From an uncultured Nitrospiraceae bacterium (lineage in GTDB: Bacteria > Nitrospirota > Nitrospiria > Nitrospirales > Nitrospiraceae): a stretch of 64,000 bases of DNA. Location of the stretch: assembly GCA_963706325.1 (NCBI GenBank), contig CAVPLT010000005.1, positions 224,001-288,000 on the forward strand, written 5' to 3'. Shown here in pieces: positions 30,572 to 40,013 of this stretch (the first letter of the stretch is position 1; each line of letters opens with the position of its first letter). The position numbers were made by a program, and so were the translations under genes. Under the pieces are notes generated by a model. It saw nothing but the letters and a program-made list of their open reading frames with translations, made no database searches and was not told where the DNA came from.

Positions 30572-31414
30572 ATGAGCGTGATTCCTCATTTCCTGCCCAT
30601 CTGTCTGCTGGTCACCATTCTGATGCAGTCAGTCGGGACCGCGTGGGGCCAGCTTGAGCAATTGCGGCGACCACGATCCGTACCCGAAGCGACGACCTTG
30701 CCTGACGTACCGATGGCCGTCATTCCTGAAGGGTTGTTCGCCATGGGGGCCGATGGGACGGATGCACTCGAGGATGAACGGCCGCAGCATCACGTGTGGC
30801 TGGATCGTTTTGAGATGGATCGGTACGAGGTGACGACAGGGCAGTACGCCGAGTTCGTGGCTTTTGCCAAACAACCAGCCCCCTGGCAGTGGGAAAGTGT
30901 GGTTCTGGCCCAGCATCGTGACCGTCCGGTCGTGGGTGTCAGCTGGTTTGATGCGGATGCCTTCTGTCGCTGGCGCGGCAAGCGATTACCGACGGAAGCA
31001 GAGTGGGAAAAAGCTGCACGAGGAACCGATGGACGCCTCTTTCCCTGGGGAAACCAAAGCCCGACTCCTTCCTTAGCGAATTTTGCCCTTGGCGCGAGGT
31101 TTCACTACAGCCAGGTGCTGATGCCCGTGCAGCGATATTCGGAAGGTATGAGCCCCTACGGATTGTTTCAAATGGCGGGAAATGTCGGGGAATGGGTGGC
31201 TGATTGGTATGAAGGAAACTACTATGAAAGCAGCCCGCTCAAAAATCCTGCAGGCCCGGCTGTCGGATCATTTCGAGTGTTGCGTGGCGGGTCGTGGTCG
31301 GACTTGCCGAAGTATCTGCTCACGTATGGGCGATTCAAACTGCCTCCGGAGACTCGCAACAGTTATACGGGATTTCGCTGTGTCCGGACGACCCTTCCCA
31401 CCACTCCACCGTAA
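30572..31414 (+). CDS. Exported formylglycine-generating-enzyme (FGE-sulfatase/SUMF1) family protein
   Basis: Signal peptide; DERPQH, EVT, PVVGVSW.DA, RLPTEAEWEKAARG, MAGNVGEW, RGGSW, GFRC. Confidence 0.9.
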   Translation: MSVIPHFLPICLLVTILMQSVGTAWGQLEQLRRPRSVPEATTLPDVPMAVIPEGLFAMGADGTDALEDERPQHHVWLDRFEMDRYEVTTGQYAEFVAFAKQPAPWQWESVVLAQHRDRPVVGVSWFDADAFCRWRGKRLPTEAEWEKAARGTDGRLFPWGNQSPTPSLANFALGARFHYSQVLMPVQRYSEGMSPYGLFQMAGNVGEWVADWYEGNYYESSPLKNPAGPAVGSFRVLRGGSWSDLPKYLLTYGRFKLPPETRNSYTGFRCVRTTLPTTPP

Positions 31415-31472
31415 GCTGGGCGCCGCTGCGCACCAGCTTACGGTCTCTCGCTCGTGCCACGTCAACCATCGA

Positions 31473-33253
31473 TCAAAACACGCTCTTGCTGACCTCGGCT
31501 GATTTGGTGCTTTCATTACCCGCCTTATCAAAGGCAGTCACGGCAAAGAAGTAGGTCGTGCCGACGGGCAGATTCGGCACCGTAAAGCTTTGTTGCTGTT
31601 GCTGATCTCGAACGGTCCCACGAACCCATAGCTGCCCGAGGTAGTTCCCACATAAATCCGGTAGCCGGCCAGATCTGCCTCGGTGTTGGGGTTCCAAGTG
31701 ACGGTGGCATTGGCGGTTCTCGCTGCCGGAGCCGGCGCACTCGCTATCGGTGTGGGCGAGGGAGGGCTCGGCGGCGGAGGCGGTGTCGATGTGGCCGTCG
31801 GTTGGCTTGGGGTCGACGGTGCAGGATTGGATGCTGGGGTCGTCTGGCCCGCGGCGATCGTGAATGTGATGGGAACGCGAAGCGTATTTGAGTAATTGTT
31901 TGGCCCCGAGTCGACGATGTACACCACCGCTGAGTAAGTGCCGGCCGCAAGTCCGGCGGCCTGAGCTGTGACGATAATCTGATCCGTTTCGGAGGAAATG
32001 GTCTGAGTGCTGCCATAGGGCGGATTCATCCAAACCCATGACTGACTGGCGCTCAGCGAGTAGACATGCTGGTCGGTTCCTGACTTACGCAGAGTCAAGG
32101 TACCCACGGCACTCGCGCTGGTCAGTGCCAACGAGGCCGGACTGATAACGATCGGTCCAGCTGCAGCGGTGGTCGGCGCGGGTGGCGCCGGTGGAGGTGG
32201 AGGAGGCGCTACAACCACAGGAAGCGGCTTCGGCGCCGAAACCACCGGTGTCGGCGGCGGAGGAGTGGCTGCAGGGGGTGTGGGGGGCGGCGGCGTCGCC
32301 GCGACGGGAGAGGTTGTGACCGTCAATGTCACCGGAACCCGGAGCATATTTGAGAAATTATTTGGGCCGGACTCACTCACATAGACGACTGCCGAATAGG
32401 TTCCGGCGGAGAGTCCTGAGGTCTGGGCGGTGATCACCAGCTGGTCCGTTTCAGTGGAGATGCTTTGAGTGCTCCCGTAGGGCGGATTCATCCAGATCCA
32501 GGACTGGTTCGTGCTGAGATAATAGGTGTGTTGATCGGTTCCGCCTTTGCGCAGAGACAAGGTGCCCACGGCAGTCTGACCCTTCACCGCGCTCAGTGCC
32601 AGGGCTACCGGACTGGCTGCCATACCCGTAGTCGAAGCGACGGGCGGAGCAGGCGGTGGAGTGACCGCGGCCGGCGGCGGCGGTGGCGGTGCCACGACGA
32701 CAGGAGGCGGTGGAGGTGTGGCTGCCGGCGGGGGAGGCGGAGTCGCCAAGACGGGTGTAGCCGTGACCGTCAACGTCACCGGAATGCGGAGCATGTTGTT
32801 GAAATTGTTTGGGCCAGAATCGATGATATAGATCACCGCTGAATAGGCACCCGCGGAAAGATTGGCTGTCTGGGCCGTGATCACGAGCTGGTCCGTTTCA
32901 GAGGAAATGGTTTGGGTGCTGCCATAGGGCGGATTCATCCAGACCCAGGACTGATTCGTGCTGAGGTAATAGGTGTGTTGATCGGCGCTGGATTTTTTCA
33001 GTGACAGCGTGCCGACCGCCGTTTGCCCTTTTTGGGCTTGCAAGACCAGCGCGCTTGGACTCGCCACGAGAGGTGCGGTCCCGCTGACTTGGGCCTTCGC
33101 GACGGCCTCGATCGTGGAAGGCTGCTGCAGCAGGCTCAGGGAGGTAGAGGCGTCTGCTGCCGCAGCGGGAGGGACTAAGGCTGCGTGGAGTAGCGCGGAC
33201 GAAAAACAACCGGCAACACCCAGCACGAACACACTCGTTGGCGTCTTCATCAT
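31473..33253 (-). CDS. Secreted Pro-rich protein with three Ig/BACON-like repeats and a C-terminal fibronectin type III domain (frameshift at ~31590)
   Basis: GGAGG RBS; signal peptide; 3 repeats; FN3 begins VTWNPNTEADLAGYRIYVG and finishes in the -1 frame as SFTVPNL..GTTYFFAVTAFDKAGNES. Confidence 0.8.
31856..33070 (-). repeat. Three ~300-bp intragenic repeats (32762-33070, 32315-32623, 31856-32152)
   Basis: Shared core SW(V/I)WMNPPYGSTQ(T/S)IS(S/T)ETDQ...YSAV.Y...SGPNN, separated by poly-Pro linkers. Confidence 0.9.
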
Positions 33254-33286
33254 ATTTCCTCCAGGAAAAATGCAAGACGCTGAATG

Positions 33287-33302
33287 AGCAACCGGCATGC
33301 CA
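33287..33302 (-). promoter_or_regulatory. Sigma54 (-24/-12) promoter
   Basis: TGGCATGCCGGTTGCT = GG-N10-GC, ending ~34 nt upstream of ATG 33253. Confidence 0.7.
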
Positions 33303-33529
33303 CATATTGGAAAGCTTGATATCGCCAGAAAGTCACGTCACGCGCGGTTTTTCGGGGATCTCGAAGGATGAAAGTTTGATTGCCGGATTGTGCTGTGCAA
33401 AGTGGAGCAGTGGCTGCAGGGGAAAACCTTCGTTGTTCATCGCCGCGTGCGAAGCGAGGCAGGCACACAGCACCCGCTGCCTGTTCCTCTTTAATGATGT
33501 CCGGTCAAGCAGAGCGGGAAGGGACCGTA

Positions 33530-34330
33530 CTACGCAGTGGGATGTCGAATAATCCAATCGGTGAGCAATGCCAGCATCTGCTGAAAATCGGCAGCCTTCG
33601 TAAACCGGTGGTCAGCGCCTGGAAGAATTTTCAGGCGTTTAGGGCCAGGGAGGGCGTCGAACAGTCGTTGGCTTTGGTGGAGAGGCACAAATTCATCGTG
33701 ATCGCCCTGGACGATCAAGGTTGGAACGGTGAGGCTTCGCGCGGGCTCATAGGCGATCCGGTCGAGGCAATCCTGATAGAAGGCATAATCGAGTGGAATT
33801 CTGGCCGCGCCACCGTGAAGGTCTGGGATCGTATCGGTTTGTTTCCATTGCTGCAGTCCTTCTTCTCCAAGCTCAAGACGAAGTTCCTCCGCGAAGTCGA
33901 CCACGGGACACTTGAGTGCCAGGCAGGCGAGGGGCGGGATGGAAGACGGATTCGAAATGTGTGTAGTTGTCCAGTCGGCAGCAGCGAAGAGCGAGATGAG
34001 ACCGCCGAAGCTGGATCCGACGAGGGACAGACGACGATATCCGCGGTCGTACACGTAGCGTAATGCTGCCATTGCTTGGCCGGATGCGAGGGTGGTCGTC
34101 AATTTGGCGAAGGGGCCATCGCTCTCTCCATGGCCAAAACAATCGAATCGAAACGTGGCGATCCCTCGCCCAACCAAAAGGGTCGTCAGCGCCTCATTGC
34201 TGGAGCTGTTCTTGTGAGACAGAAAGCCGTGACAGAGCACCGCGATGTGATCGGTGGGGTGATCCGGCTTGGCCAGAACCGCTGCAATACGATGGCCGGA
34301 GGGATCCTTAAAAAAGAGGGTGTCTTCCAT
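33530..34330 (-). CDS. Alpha/beta hydrolase (OsmC N-terminal-like family)
   Basis: LCHGFLSHK, RFDCFGHGES.G, GSSFGG, QGDHDEFVP, GADHRF. Confidence 0.88.
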   Translation of the reverse strand: MEDTLFFKDPSGHRIAAVLAKPDHPTDHIAVLCHGFLSHKNSSSNEALTTLLVGRGIATFRFDCFGHGESDGPFAKLTTTLASGQAMAALRYVYDRGYRRLSLVGSSFGGLISLFAAADWTTTHISNPSSIPPLACLALKCPVVDFAEELRLELGEEGLQQWKQTDTIPDLHGGAARIPLDYAFYQDCLDRIAYEPARSLTVPTLIVQGDHDEFVPLHQSQRLFDALPGPKRLKILPGADHRFTKAADFQQMLALLTDWIIRHPTA

Positions 34331-34366
34331 TGAGCTGATCCTTCCAGCAACTTGAGACGCGTAAGA

Positions 34367-35659
34367 TCAGTTTGTAGTGCCTCGCTGGCCGGTCGGGTGT
34401 GTTCCGACCACCTGCGCGATCTTCATCGTGAACAACGTCAGGCTGCTCAACAGCAAACCCAAACTCGCCCAGACCGCTATATGGACCCACGAGGAAGAGA
34501 GCGGAAAATTCCAGGTCAACGACGCGACGAGGACGAGCCCTAGCGTACCAAAGCTGAGGCAGGATACCTGAATGGCCCGCCATCGATTCATGATGTGCTC
34601 CAGCTGTTCCCGATAGGCCGGCCGTTTTTTCTGACTCGTCACGCGCTGTGCAGCCAGGAGGCTGGGCACGGCGTGAGACAATCCCCCCACGATCGCTTGC
34701 AGCAGAAATCCAATGAATGCCGTATGGGTGTACGCCACCAGGTGCAGGGTTCCGTAGGGCATCAGCGGCGGTGTCCATAATACATTGATGCCGACGGCCA
34801 TGCCGGTGAGCGTCATAATAAACAGGAAGAACAGGGCAGTCAGGAGGTGATCCGTGGCAACCGAGCCGGGCTGACCAGCCTGGCTCCAGGTGCTGACAAG
34901 ATTCCAGCCACAGAGCGCCAACGTGACAAGCAGGCAGATTCCCGCGGCCAGTTGAATGTGAACCGACGAGAGAATGAATCCCGTCAAGAGACCGGCGGCG
35001 CCGGACGGCAGCAAGAGCAACACGATCTGTCCCGAGCCGGTGCTGCGAAGCGGGCGGTTCAAGAGCGGCGGGAGAGCGAGCTGAATTGTTCCAACCATCC
35101 CCATGGTAAGGAACAATAAGAGCCCCGCATGCAGGTGCCCCAGCCGGAGCATGCCGTGCCAGGTGGGGAACCATGCTCCGGCAAGGAATTCTCCCAGGAC
35201 GACAGTCCCGAAGAGGCCGGTCAAGCTGATCCCGAAGAACAAGGCAGCCAGTGGGGTCCATCCTGGACAGTTTCGTAACGCCTGCACCATATGGCGCGCC
35301 ACGGGAACGAAGCTCAGCAGCAGGAACAGTCCGCCGACGATGATCAGGTTTGAATCTCGCAACCACGAACCGCTCGCCAAACCCAGGGCTGCGAGGTTGA
35401 GGCCGATGAGGAATCCGAAATGTTTCGGCCGTTTCGTCTCATGTCCGACGAATTCAAGGGCCGCTAGGGCCAGGCCGGTCATCATCTGAATCAGGCCGCC
35501 GACAAGGGCGCCGTGCACATGGAGCATGCGGAGGCCAGGGGGCAGCGGAGAGCCGCGCACGACGCCGAGAAAGGTCGCCAATCCTACGAGAGATGTCAGC
35601 AGCAGCCATGCCCAGCCCGTGAGCAGAAACGACAGCGGTGATCCAAACCCTCGACTCAT
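34367..35659 (-). CDS. Polytopic membrane protein (~12 TM) with conserved-looking His residues
   Basis: LHVHGALVGG, GHLHAGLL, AYTHTAFIGF; internal pseudo-repeat. Confidence 0.7.
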   Translation of the reverse strand: MSRGFGSPLSFLLTGWAWLLLTSLVGLATFLGVVRGSPLPPGLRMLHVHGALVGGLIQMMTGLALAALEFVGHETKRPKHFGFLIGLNLAALGLASGSWLRDSNLIIVGGLFLLLSFVPVARHMVQALRNCPGWTPLAALFFGISLTGLFGTVVLGEFLAGAWFPTWHGMLRLGHLHAGLLLFLTMGMVGTIQLALPPLLNRPLRSTGSGQIVLLLLPSGAAGLLTGFILSSVHIQLAAGICLLVTLALCGWNLVSTWSQAGQPGSVATDHLLTALFFLFIMTLTGMAVGINVLWTPPLMPYGTLHLVAYTHTAFIGFLLQAIVGGLSHAVPSLLAAQRVTSQKKRPAYREQLEHIMNRWRAIQVSCLSFGTLGLVLVASLTWNFPLSSSWVHIAVWASLGLLLSSLTLFTMKIAQVVGTHPTGQRGTTN

Positions 35660-35665
35660 GCGCAG

Positions 35666-36460
35666 TTAGTCCTGGTTCAAGAAATAAAAATGGTTGGTGG
35701 GACCCTTGCCGTGTCCGATGGCCAAGGAGTGCCTGATGGCTTCGGTGAGGTAGGTCTTGGCTGTTTGAACGGCGTCAGGGACTGATTTGCCTCGGGCGAG
35801 ATGCGCGGCGATGGCAGAGGCAAAGGTGCAACCGGTGCCATGAGTGTGCGGCGTGTCGATGAACTCACCCTTGAAGATATTGAAGAAGCGGCCGTCGTAC
35901 AGGAGGTCGGTGGCGCGGTCACTGGGCAGATGGCCGCCTTTGATGAGGACATGCGCGCATCCGAACTGGTGAATGATCTTGGCGGCGCGGCGGGCGTCAG
36001 CGAGCGAGATAATCTCTATGCCTGAAAGTTGCTGAGCCTCATACACGTTCGGGGTGACCAGCAGGGCCAGTGGAAAGAGGTCTTTCTTGATGGTGTCGAT
36101 GGCGTCAGGCTTTAGGAGCGCTTGTCCGCCTTTGGCGACCATGACAGGGTCCACGACCAGGTTTTTCACCTGCTGCGGTTTCAGCAGGTTTACTACAGTC
36201 TTGATGATGTCGGTCGACGACAGCATGCCGGTCTTGACGGCGGCCACATCAAAGTCATCGAAGATAGCATCGATCTGGGCAGCGACGATCGAGAGGGGCA
36301 AGTCGAATACGTCTGTCACCTCTTCCGTATTTTGGGCTGTGATGGCGGTGATCACCGACATGGCATAGACCCCGTTCGCCGACATGGCCTTTAGATCTGC
36401 CTGAATCCCTGCTCCGCCACCCGAGTCTGAGCCGGCGATCGTCAATACTTGTTTGATCAT
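35666..36460 (-). CDS. thiD: Hydroxymethylpyrimidine/phosphomethylpyrimidine kinase
   Basis: LTIAGSDSGGGAGIQADLK, KTGML, VDPVM, TPN, KGGH, THGTGCT. Confidence 0.96.
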   Translation of the reverse strand: MIKQVLTIAGSDSGGGAGIQADLKAMSANGVYAMSVITAITAQNTEEVTDVFDLPLSIVAAQIDAIFDDFDVAAVKTGMLSSTDIIKTVVNLLKPQQVKNLVVDPVMVAKGGQALLKPDAIDTIKKDLFPLALLVTPNVYEAQQLSGIEIISLADARRAAKIIHQFGCAHVLIKGGHLPSDRATDLLYDGRFFNIFKGEFIDTPHTHGTGCTFASAIAAHLARGKSVPDAVQTAKTYLTEAIRHSLAIGHGKGPTNHFYFLNQD

Positions 36461-36497
36461 GGATCGTCCCTCTGAAAAAGTTCCCGGAAGTCGTTAA

Positions 36498-37475
36498 TTA
36501 TGGCGTGGAGGGGACGGAGTCGTGCGGCGCGGTGGGTTCAGCCTCGGCAGTTGGCGCGGCTTCGAGTTTGAGCCCTTCCAGCGTGACGACACGATCAGTC
36601 CTGGGTGATGTTTCATGATAGTGCAAGGTCATGAACCCTTTGGCCGGCTTCTTGGTTGCTGAAAAGGAGAGCCTCGCAGATTGCTGTTTTCGGGGATGCA
36701 GTTCCATACCTCGGGTACAGAGGCCTTCACGGCTCTGCGCAATATCCTGCGGCCATTGTTCGCCCTGCTCGTCGAGCAGGTACGTATCTTGAAATTGGCA
36801 GCCGATTTTGACCGGATGGGAGGAGCGGTTGGTAAACAGCAGGTCCAACGCGATCTGATCATATTGCCGAGCAATGTCCACGACACTGACTTGATACCAT
36901 TCATTTTCATGGCTGCTCAACACCGGCCCTATGGGTTCCGGCGCCGCGGCGGCCGCCGGGGGTTTAGGCGCGTTCGCCTGCTTAAGCAGCGCGGCGAGGG
37001 GTCCGGCCTTCGGAACAATCGCTCGTGCCGCTCCGACCGGATAGACGGTGTACGGCCCGATCAACTTGGCCGTGACCTGAACGCCCTCGGGTATCTCCAG
37101 ATAGGCCCCCGTTACGAAGAGATCGGCTCGCAGTGCCTTCGCCACCTTCTTGGCGGCCTTGGCCTGCGAGGTTTCCAGGTGCGTGAGCTGATGTTTCGCC
37201 ATGGTAGCGGCCAGCAGTTTGTGATCGACCACTTTGAGTTCCCCGGCGACCAGCAAATGGGTGGCCAGCTCTTCGGCGAGGAACTGACCGATCGGTGTCA
37301 CGTCCCCTTTGCTGTCGACGAAATCCAGTACCGCAAGCCGTGACTTCTTCATCTTGATGGCTTCGGAAGCCACACCCTCTGCCAGTTCTTTGACGCTCTC
37401 TTCGTATTTTGAGGCAGCGAGGACAGGCGAGTAGCCAAAGGCAAGCAGGAGGAAACCACAGAGGATCTGTCGCAT
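36498..37475 (-). CDS. Exported FlgO/CsgG-like domain protein with C-terminal beta-sandwich
   Basis: Signal peptide; RLAVLDFVD..G....GQFLAEEL..L...VVD; ADLFVTG.Y; Pro/Ala linker. Confidence 0.65.
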   Translation of the reverse strand: MRQILCGFLLLAFGYSPVLAASKYEESVKELAEGVASEAIKMKKSRLAVLDFVDSKGDVTPIGQFLAEELATHLLVAGELKVVDHKLLAATMAKHQLTHLETSQAKAAKKVAKALRADLFVTGAYLEIPEGVQVTAKLIGPYTVYPVGAARAIVPKAGPLAALLKQANAPKPPAAAAAPEPIGPVLSSHENEWYQVSVVDIARQYDQIALDLLFTNRSSHPVKIGCQFQDTYLLDEQGEQWPQDIAQSREGLCTRGMELHPRKQQSARLSFSATKKPAKGFMTLHYHETSPRTDRVVTLEGLKLEAAPTAEAEPTAPHDSVPSTP

Positions 37476-37599
37476 CACCACGCACTCATGGCCAATTCAT
37501 TCATGGCACACATTATACTCACGTCGTTGACGGTGTCCAGCCTGCACCACCGGGCATCCACTAAACACCCTGCCTTGATGCATACGTTCATGCGGTACG

Positions 37600-38088
37600 C
37601 TAGGGAAGGAGCAGTCGTGCCGCGAGCCGGCCGCCCGCGTATCCGCCCGGCAGCAGGAGCAGCAAGATTATCGGCAGGAAGAAATAGGCAAGGGCGCCTT
37701 GGGCATCGGGATGGAGGAGGACATCGGCATGGGTCCAGGTCGCCACGGCCAGCATGCTGGAGCCCGCACAGGCGAGGCCTAATGCCCGTCGGCGCGCGAT
37801 CAGTGGGTCTTGAACCGGGGTCGTTCCAAAATGCAGGAGAATCACAAACGCCAGCACGATGAATGGGATGGCCGTGAGAACTCCCACGAGAAATAGGTTA
37901 TAGCCGGGCGCGAAGAGGTGCAGGCGGAAGGAATGCCAGGCTCGATCCAAAGGAAGATGGTGAACGAAGCTGTCTACTGCCAGCATCATAGACCAAGGGA
38001 GCAGCAGGCCTCCGAGCGCACTGAGCCAGACTGCTGCGCGGGCAAGGTATCGGAGCCGTGGGATGGTCGAGGGAGAGAAAACGCTCAT
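37600..38088 (-). CDS. Hypothetical 4-TM membrane protein
   Basis: Hydrophobic ORF with DAQGALAYFFLP; ATGA overlap with the HEAT gene. Confidence 0.7.
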   Translation of the reverse strand: MSVFSPSTIPRLRYLARAAVWLSALGGLLLPWSMMLAVDSFVHHLPLDRAWHSFRLHLFAPGYNLFLVGVLTAIPFIVLAFVILLHFGTTPVQDPLIARRRALGLACAGSSMLAVATWTHADVLLHPDAQGALAYFFLPIILLLLLPGGYAGGRLAARLLLP

Positions 38089-39134
38089 TCAGTGGGCCCT
38101 TTTGATGGAGGTCCCGTCGGCGTCGTGGTTCCGGATTCGATTGCAGCGACCGCGTCCGCGATACTCGCGCGCACCACAGAATCGGGATCATGCAGCTGTT
38201 GTTTGAGATCCGGCAGCGCCTCTTTCGCGCCCGCTCCCATCGCGCCGACTGTTTCCGCAGCCAGGTATCGAATCAAGGGCCGCTCATCCTGGAGCATCGG
38301 AACGACGGCGCCCAGCGCTTGGCCAGCCGCAGGGCCCAGCTGAGCAAGCTGGTGCAACGCATAGTCGCGCGCAGTTGATTGCTCAACCATCAGACCTAAG
38401 GATTGGATATGGGAGACATCGTCAGGCCTCGGCTTGTCCAGGGCGCTACGGGCCAACCCGGCGATCGCCCTGGCTTGATCGGCGAGAAGAGCCTTCAGCG
38501 GTTCTTCAGCTTCTTGAGGTACTGGCGTCGTGAACGCGAATTGAGCGACGGCGCTATGGCGGACGAGGCTCGACGGGGCGTGAAGACCCGCTATCAGCGC
38601 AGCCGCGATGGGCGCCGAAGGTATGCCGATGCTTGCCAGCGACGTCAGTACATTGCGACGCACCAGCTCGTCGAGATCGCCGGTCATGGCAAGGAGTGCC
38701 GTAACGGCCGGCTTCGCGACCGGCCCCAGACTGCCGAGCACGGCACAGGCTGTGCGGCGTTGCTGCACATCGGGATCTTGAAGGCGTGCAATGAAGTGAG
38801 TCATGACCATTCGAGCGGCCGTCAAATCAATCGACTTCAGCGCTGCCGCGGCGGTGGTATTGGCATGTTGACTGCCATCCCTCGTGGCTTGGGCCAGTAG
38901 CGCCGGTACCGCAGCCTTCGCAGCCGGTCCAACCAGCCCCAATTGCTCCGCCGCCACGATCCGCGTCGAAGGGTCGTTGTCCGTGAGCATTTTAATCAGG
39001 GTTGGCACCGCCCGCGCGCCGGTCGAGAACCAATACCAGAGCGCCAATGAGGCAGTAAAAATGGCCAGACCGCCCAGGTGCAGCGCGATCTCGCGAGAGC
39101 TCAAGATCGTCGGCGATGGAGAAGACTCCGTCAT
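38085..39134 (-). CDS. Membrane-anchored HEAT (PBS-lyase-like) repeat protein
   Basis: N-terminal TM; repeated LG..GP.AK.AVP.L...L.D.D..VR units. Confidence 0.85.
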   Translation of the reverse strand: MTESSPSPTILSSREIALHLGGLAIFTASLALWYWFSTGARAVPTLIKMLTDNDPSTRIVAAEQLGLVGPAAKAAVPALLAQATRDGSQHANTTAAAALKSIDLTAARMVMTHFIARLQDPDVQQRRTACAVLGSLGPVAKPAVTALLAMTGDLDELVRRNVLTSLASIGIPSAPIAAALIAGLHAPSSLVRHSAVAQFAFTTPVPQEAEEPLKALLADQARAIAGLARSALDKPRPDDVSHIQSLGLMVEQSTARDYALHQLAQLGPAAGQALGAVVPMLQDERPLIRYLAAETVGAMGAGAKEALPDLKQQLHDPDSVVRASIADAVAAIESGTTTPTGPPSKGPTE

Positions 39135-39865
39135 GCGGAAATACGACCTCTCCGGCGCGGGTGGCGAAGCGCCTCAGCTGCCCACTGAATGACTTGGATT
39201 TCGTTCCAGGGTACAGCGCGGAAAGGCATTTCACCATTTGGCTGGAGACAATCGGATTCAAAATCTTTATCCCGATGCGAGAATACACGTATGCACCATT
39301 CAACCCCTCCGTAGAGCATGCCATAGCAGCGGTGGCCTTCGGAGCTTGATTGAACGGCCCCAGATACCATGTGGATGAGATGTTTTGTTTCGTGGTGGAC
39401 GATCGCACGGCCTAAGATTGGGTACTCCCAAGCTTCTCCGGGATTTCGAGAGAGAATGAGTTGTCGCAAGCGTTCTTCGTGTGGACCTAGGGCAACTGTG
39501 GCGAATGCCAACAACGAACTCACGCTCGCACGAAACAAAACGCTCAGGTGAAAAAGCTTGAATGATGAGTAATCAAAACGTGCCCAGCGAAGGTCTTCGA
39601 CGCCCCAGGGGTCCGGCAAGGGAGTGGCTTTAACCCACTGATCCAGAAACGGCTCCTCGTAATATTTATTGAAATGCTGTTCGCACTTTTCACAGAAAAG
39701 ATATTCTTTGGCTCCGTCCTGCACTGGTTTCCAGCCGCGAGTATCTAAGCCAGTGATTGCCATTGCATGACCCTTTGTGTTGTAAAGACCCTCATGAAGA
39801 AATTTGGGTACGATATGCGACTCACGTAACTGGCAATCATGGTGGCACAGCCGACATAGAGGCAT
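39131..39865 (-). CDS. HNH-like zinc-finger protein (hypothetical)
   Basis: CRLC...ESHIVPK...LFCEKCE; GAGGAG RBS; visibly more AT-rich than neighbours. Confidence 0.6.
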   Translation of the reverse strand: MPLCRLCHHDCQLRESHIVPKFLHEGLYNTKGHAMAITGLDTRGWKPVQDGAKEYLFCEKCEQHFNKYYEEPFLDQWVKATPLPDPWGVEDLRWARFDYSSFKLFHLSVLFRASVSSLLAFATVALGPHEERLRQLILSRNPGEAWEYPILGRAIVHHETKHLIHMVSGAVQSSSEGHRCYGMLYGGVEWCIRVFSHRDKDFESDCLQPNGEMPFRAVPWNEIQVIQWAAEALRHPRRRGRISA

Positions 39866-40013
39866 ATCAACTCCTCGTATTTTGAAAGACTCGTCAATAT
39901 TATCGCGGTTCTGCCAATGGCACTACCGCAATTTTCTGCATGCTGTCCTAATCGCCGTGTGGCCTGTACAGGACTATTAGATTCTTTCATTTCCTTTTAG
40001 CGGACGTGTGACT

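Noticed and set aside
29895..31414. Ergothioneine/selenoneine (EgtD-EgtB) pathway
   Set aside because: The FGE protein has a signal peptide and no DinB domain or HxxxHxE iron motif; the methyltransferase lacks EgtD motifs
31856..33070. CRISPR array or DGR template/variable repeats
   Set aside because: Repeats are ~300-bp in-frame coding units with largely synonymous divergence; no cas genes or reverse transcriptase in the window
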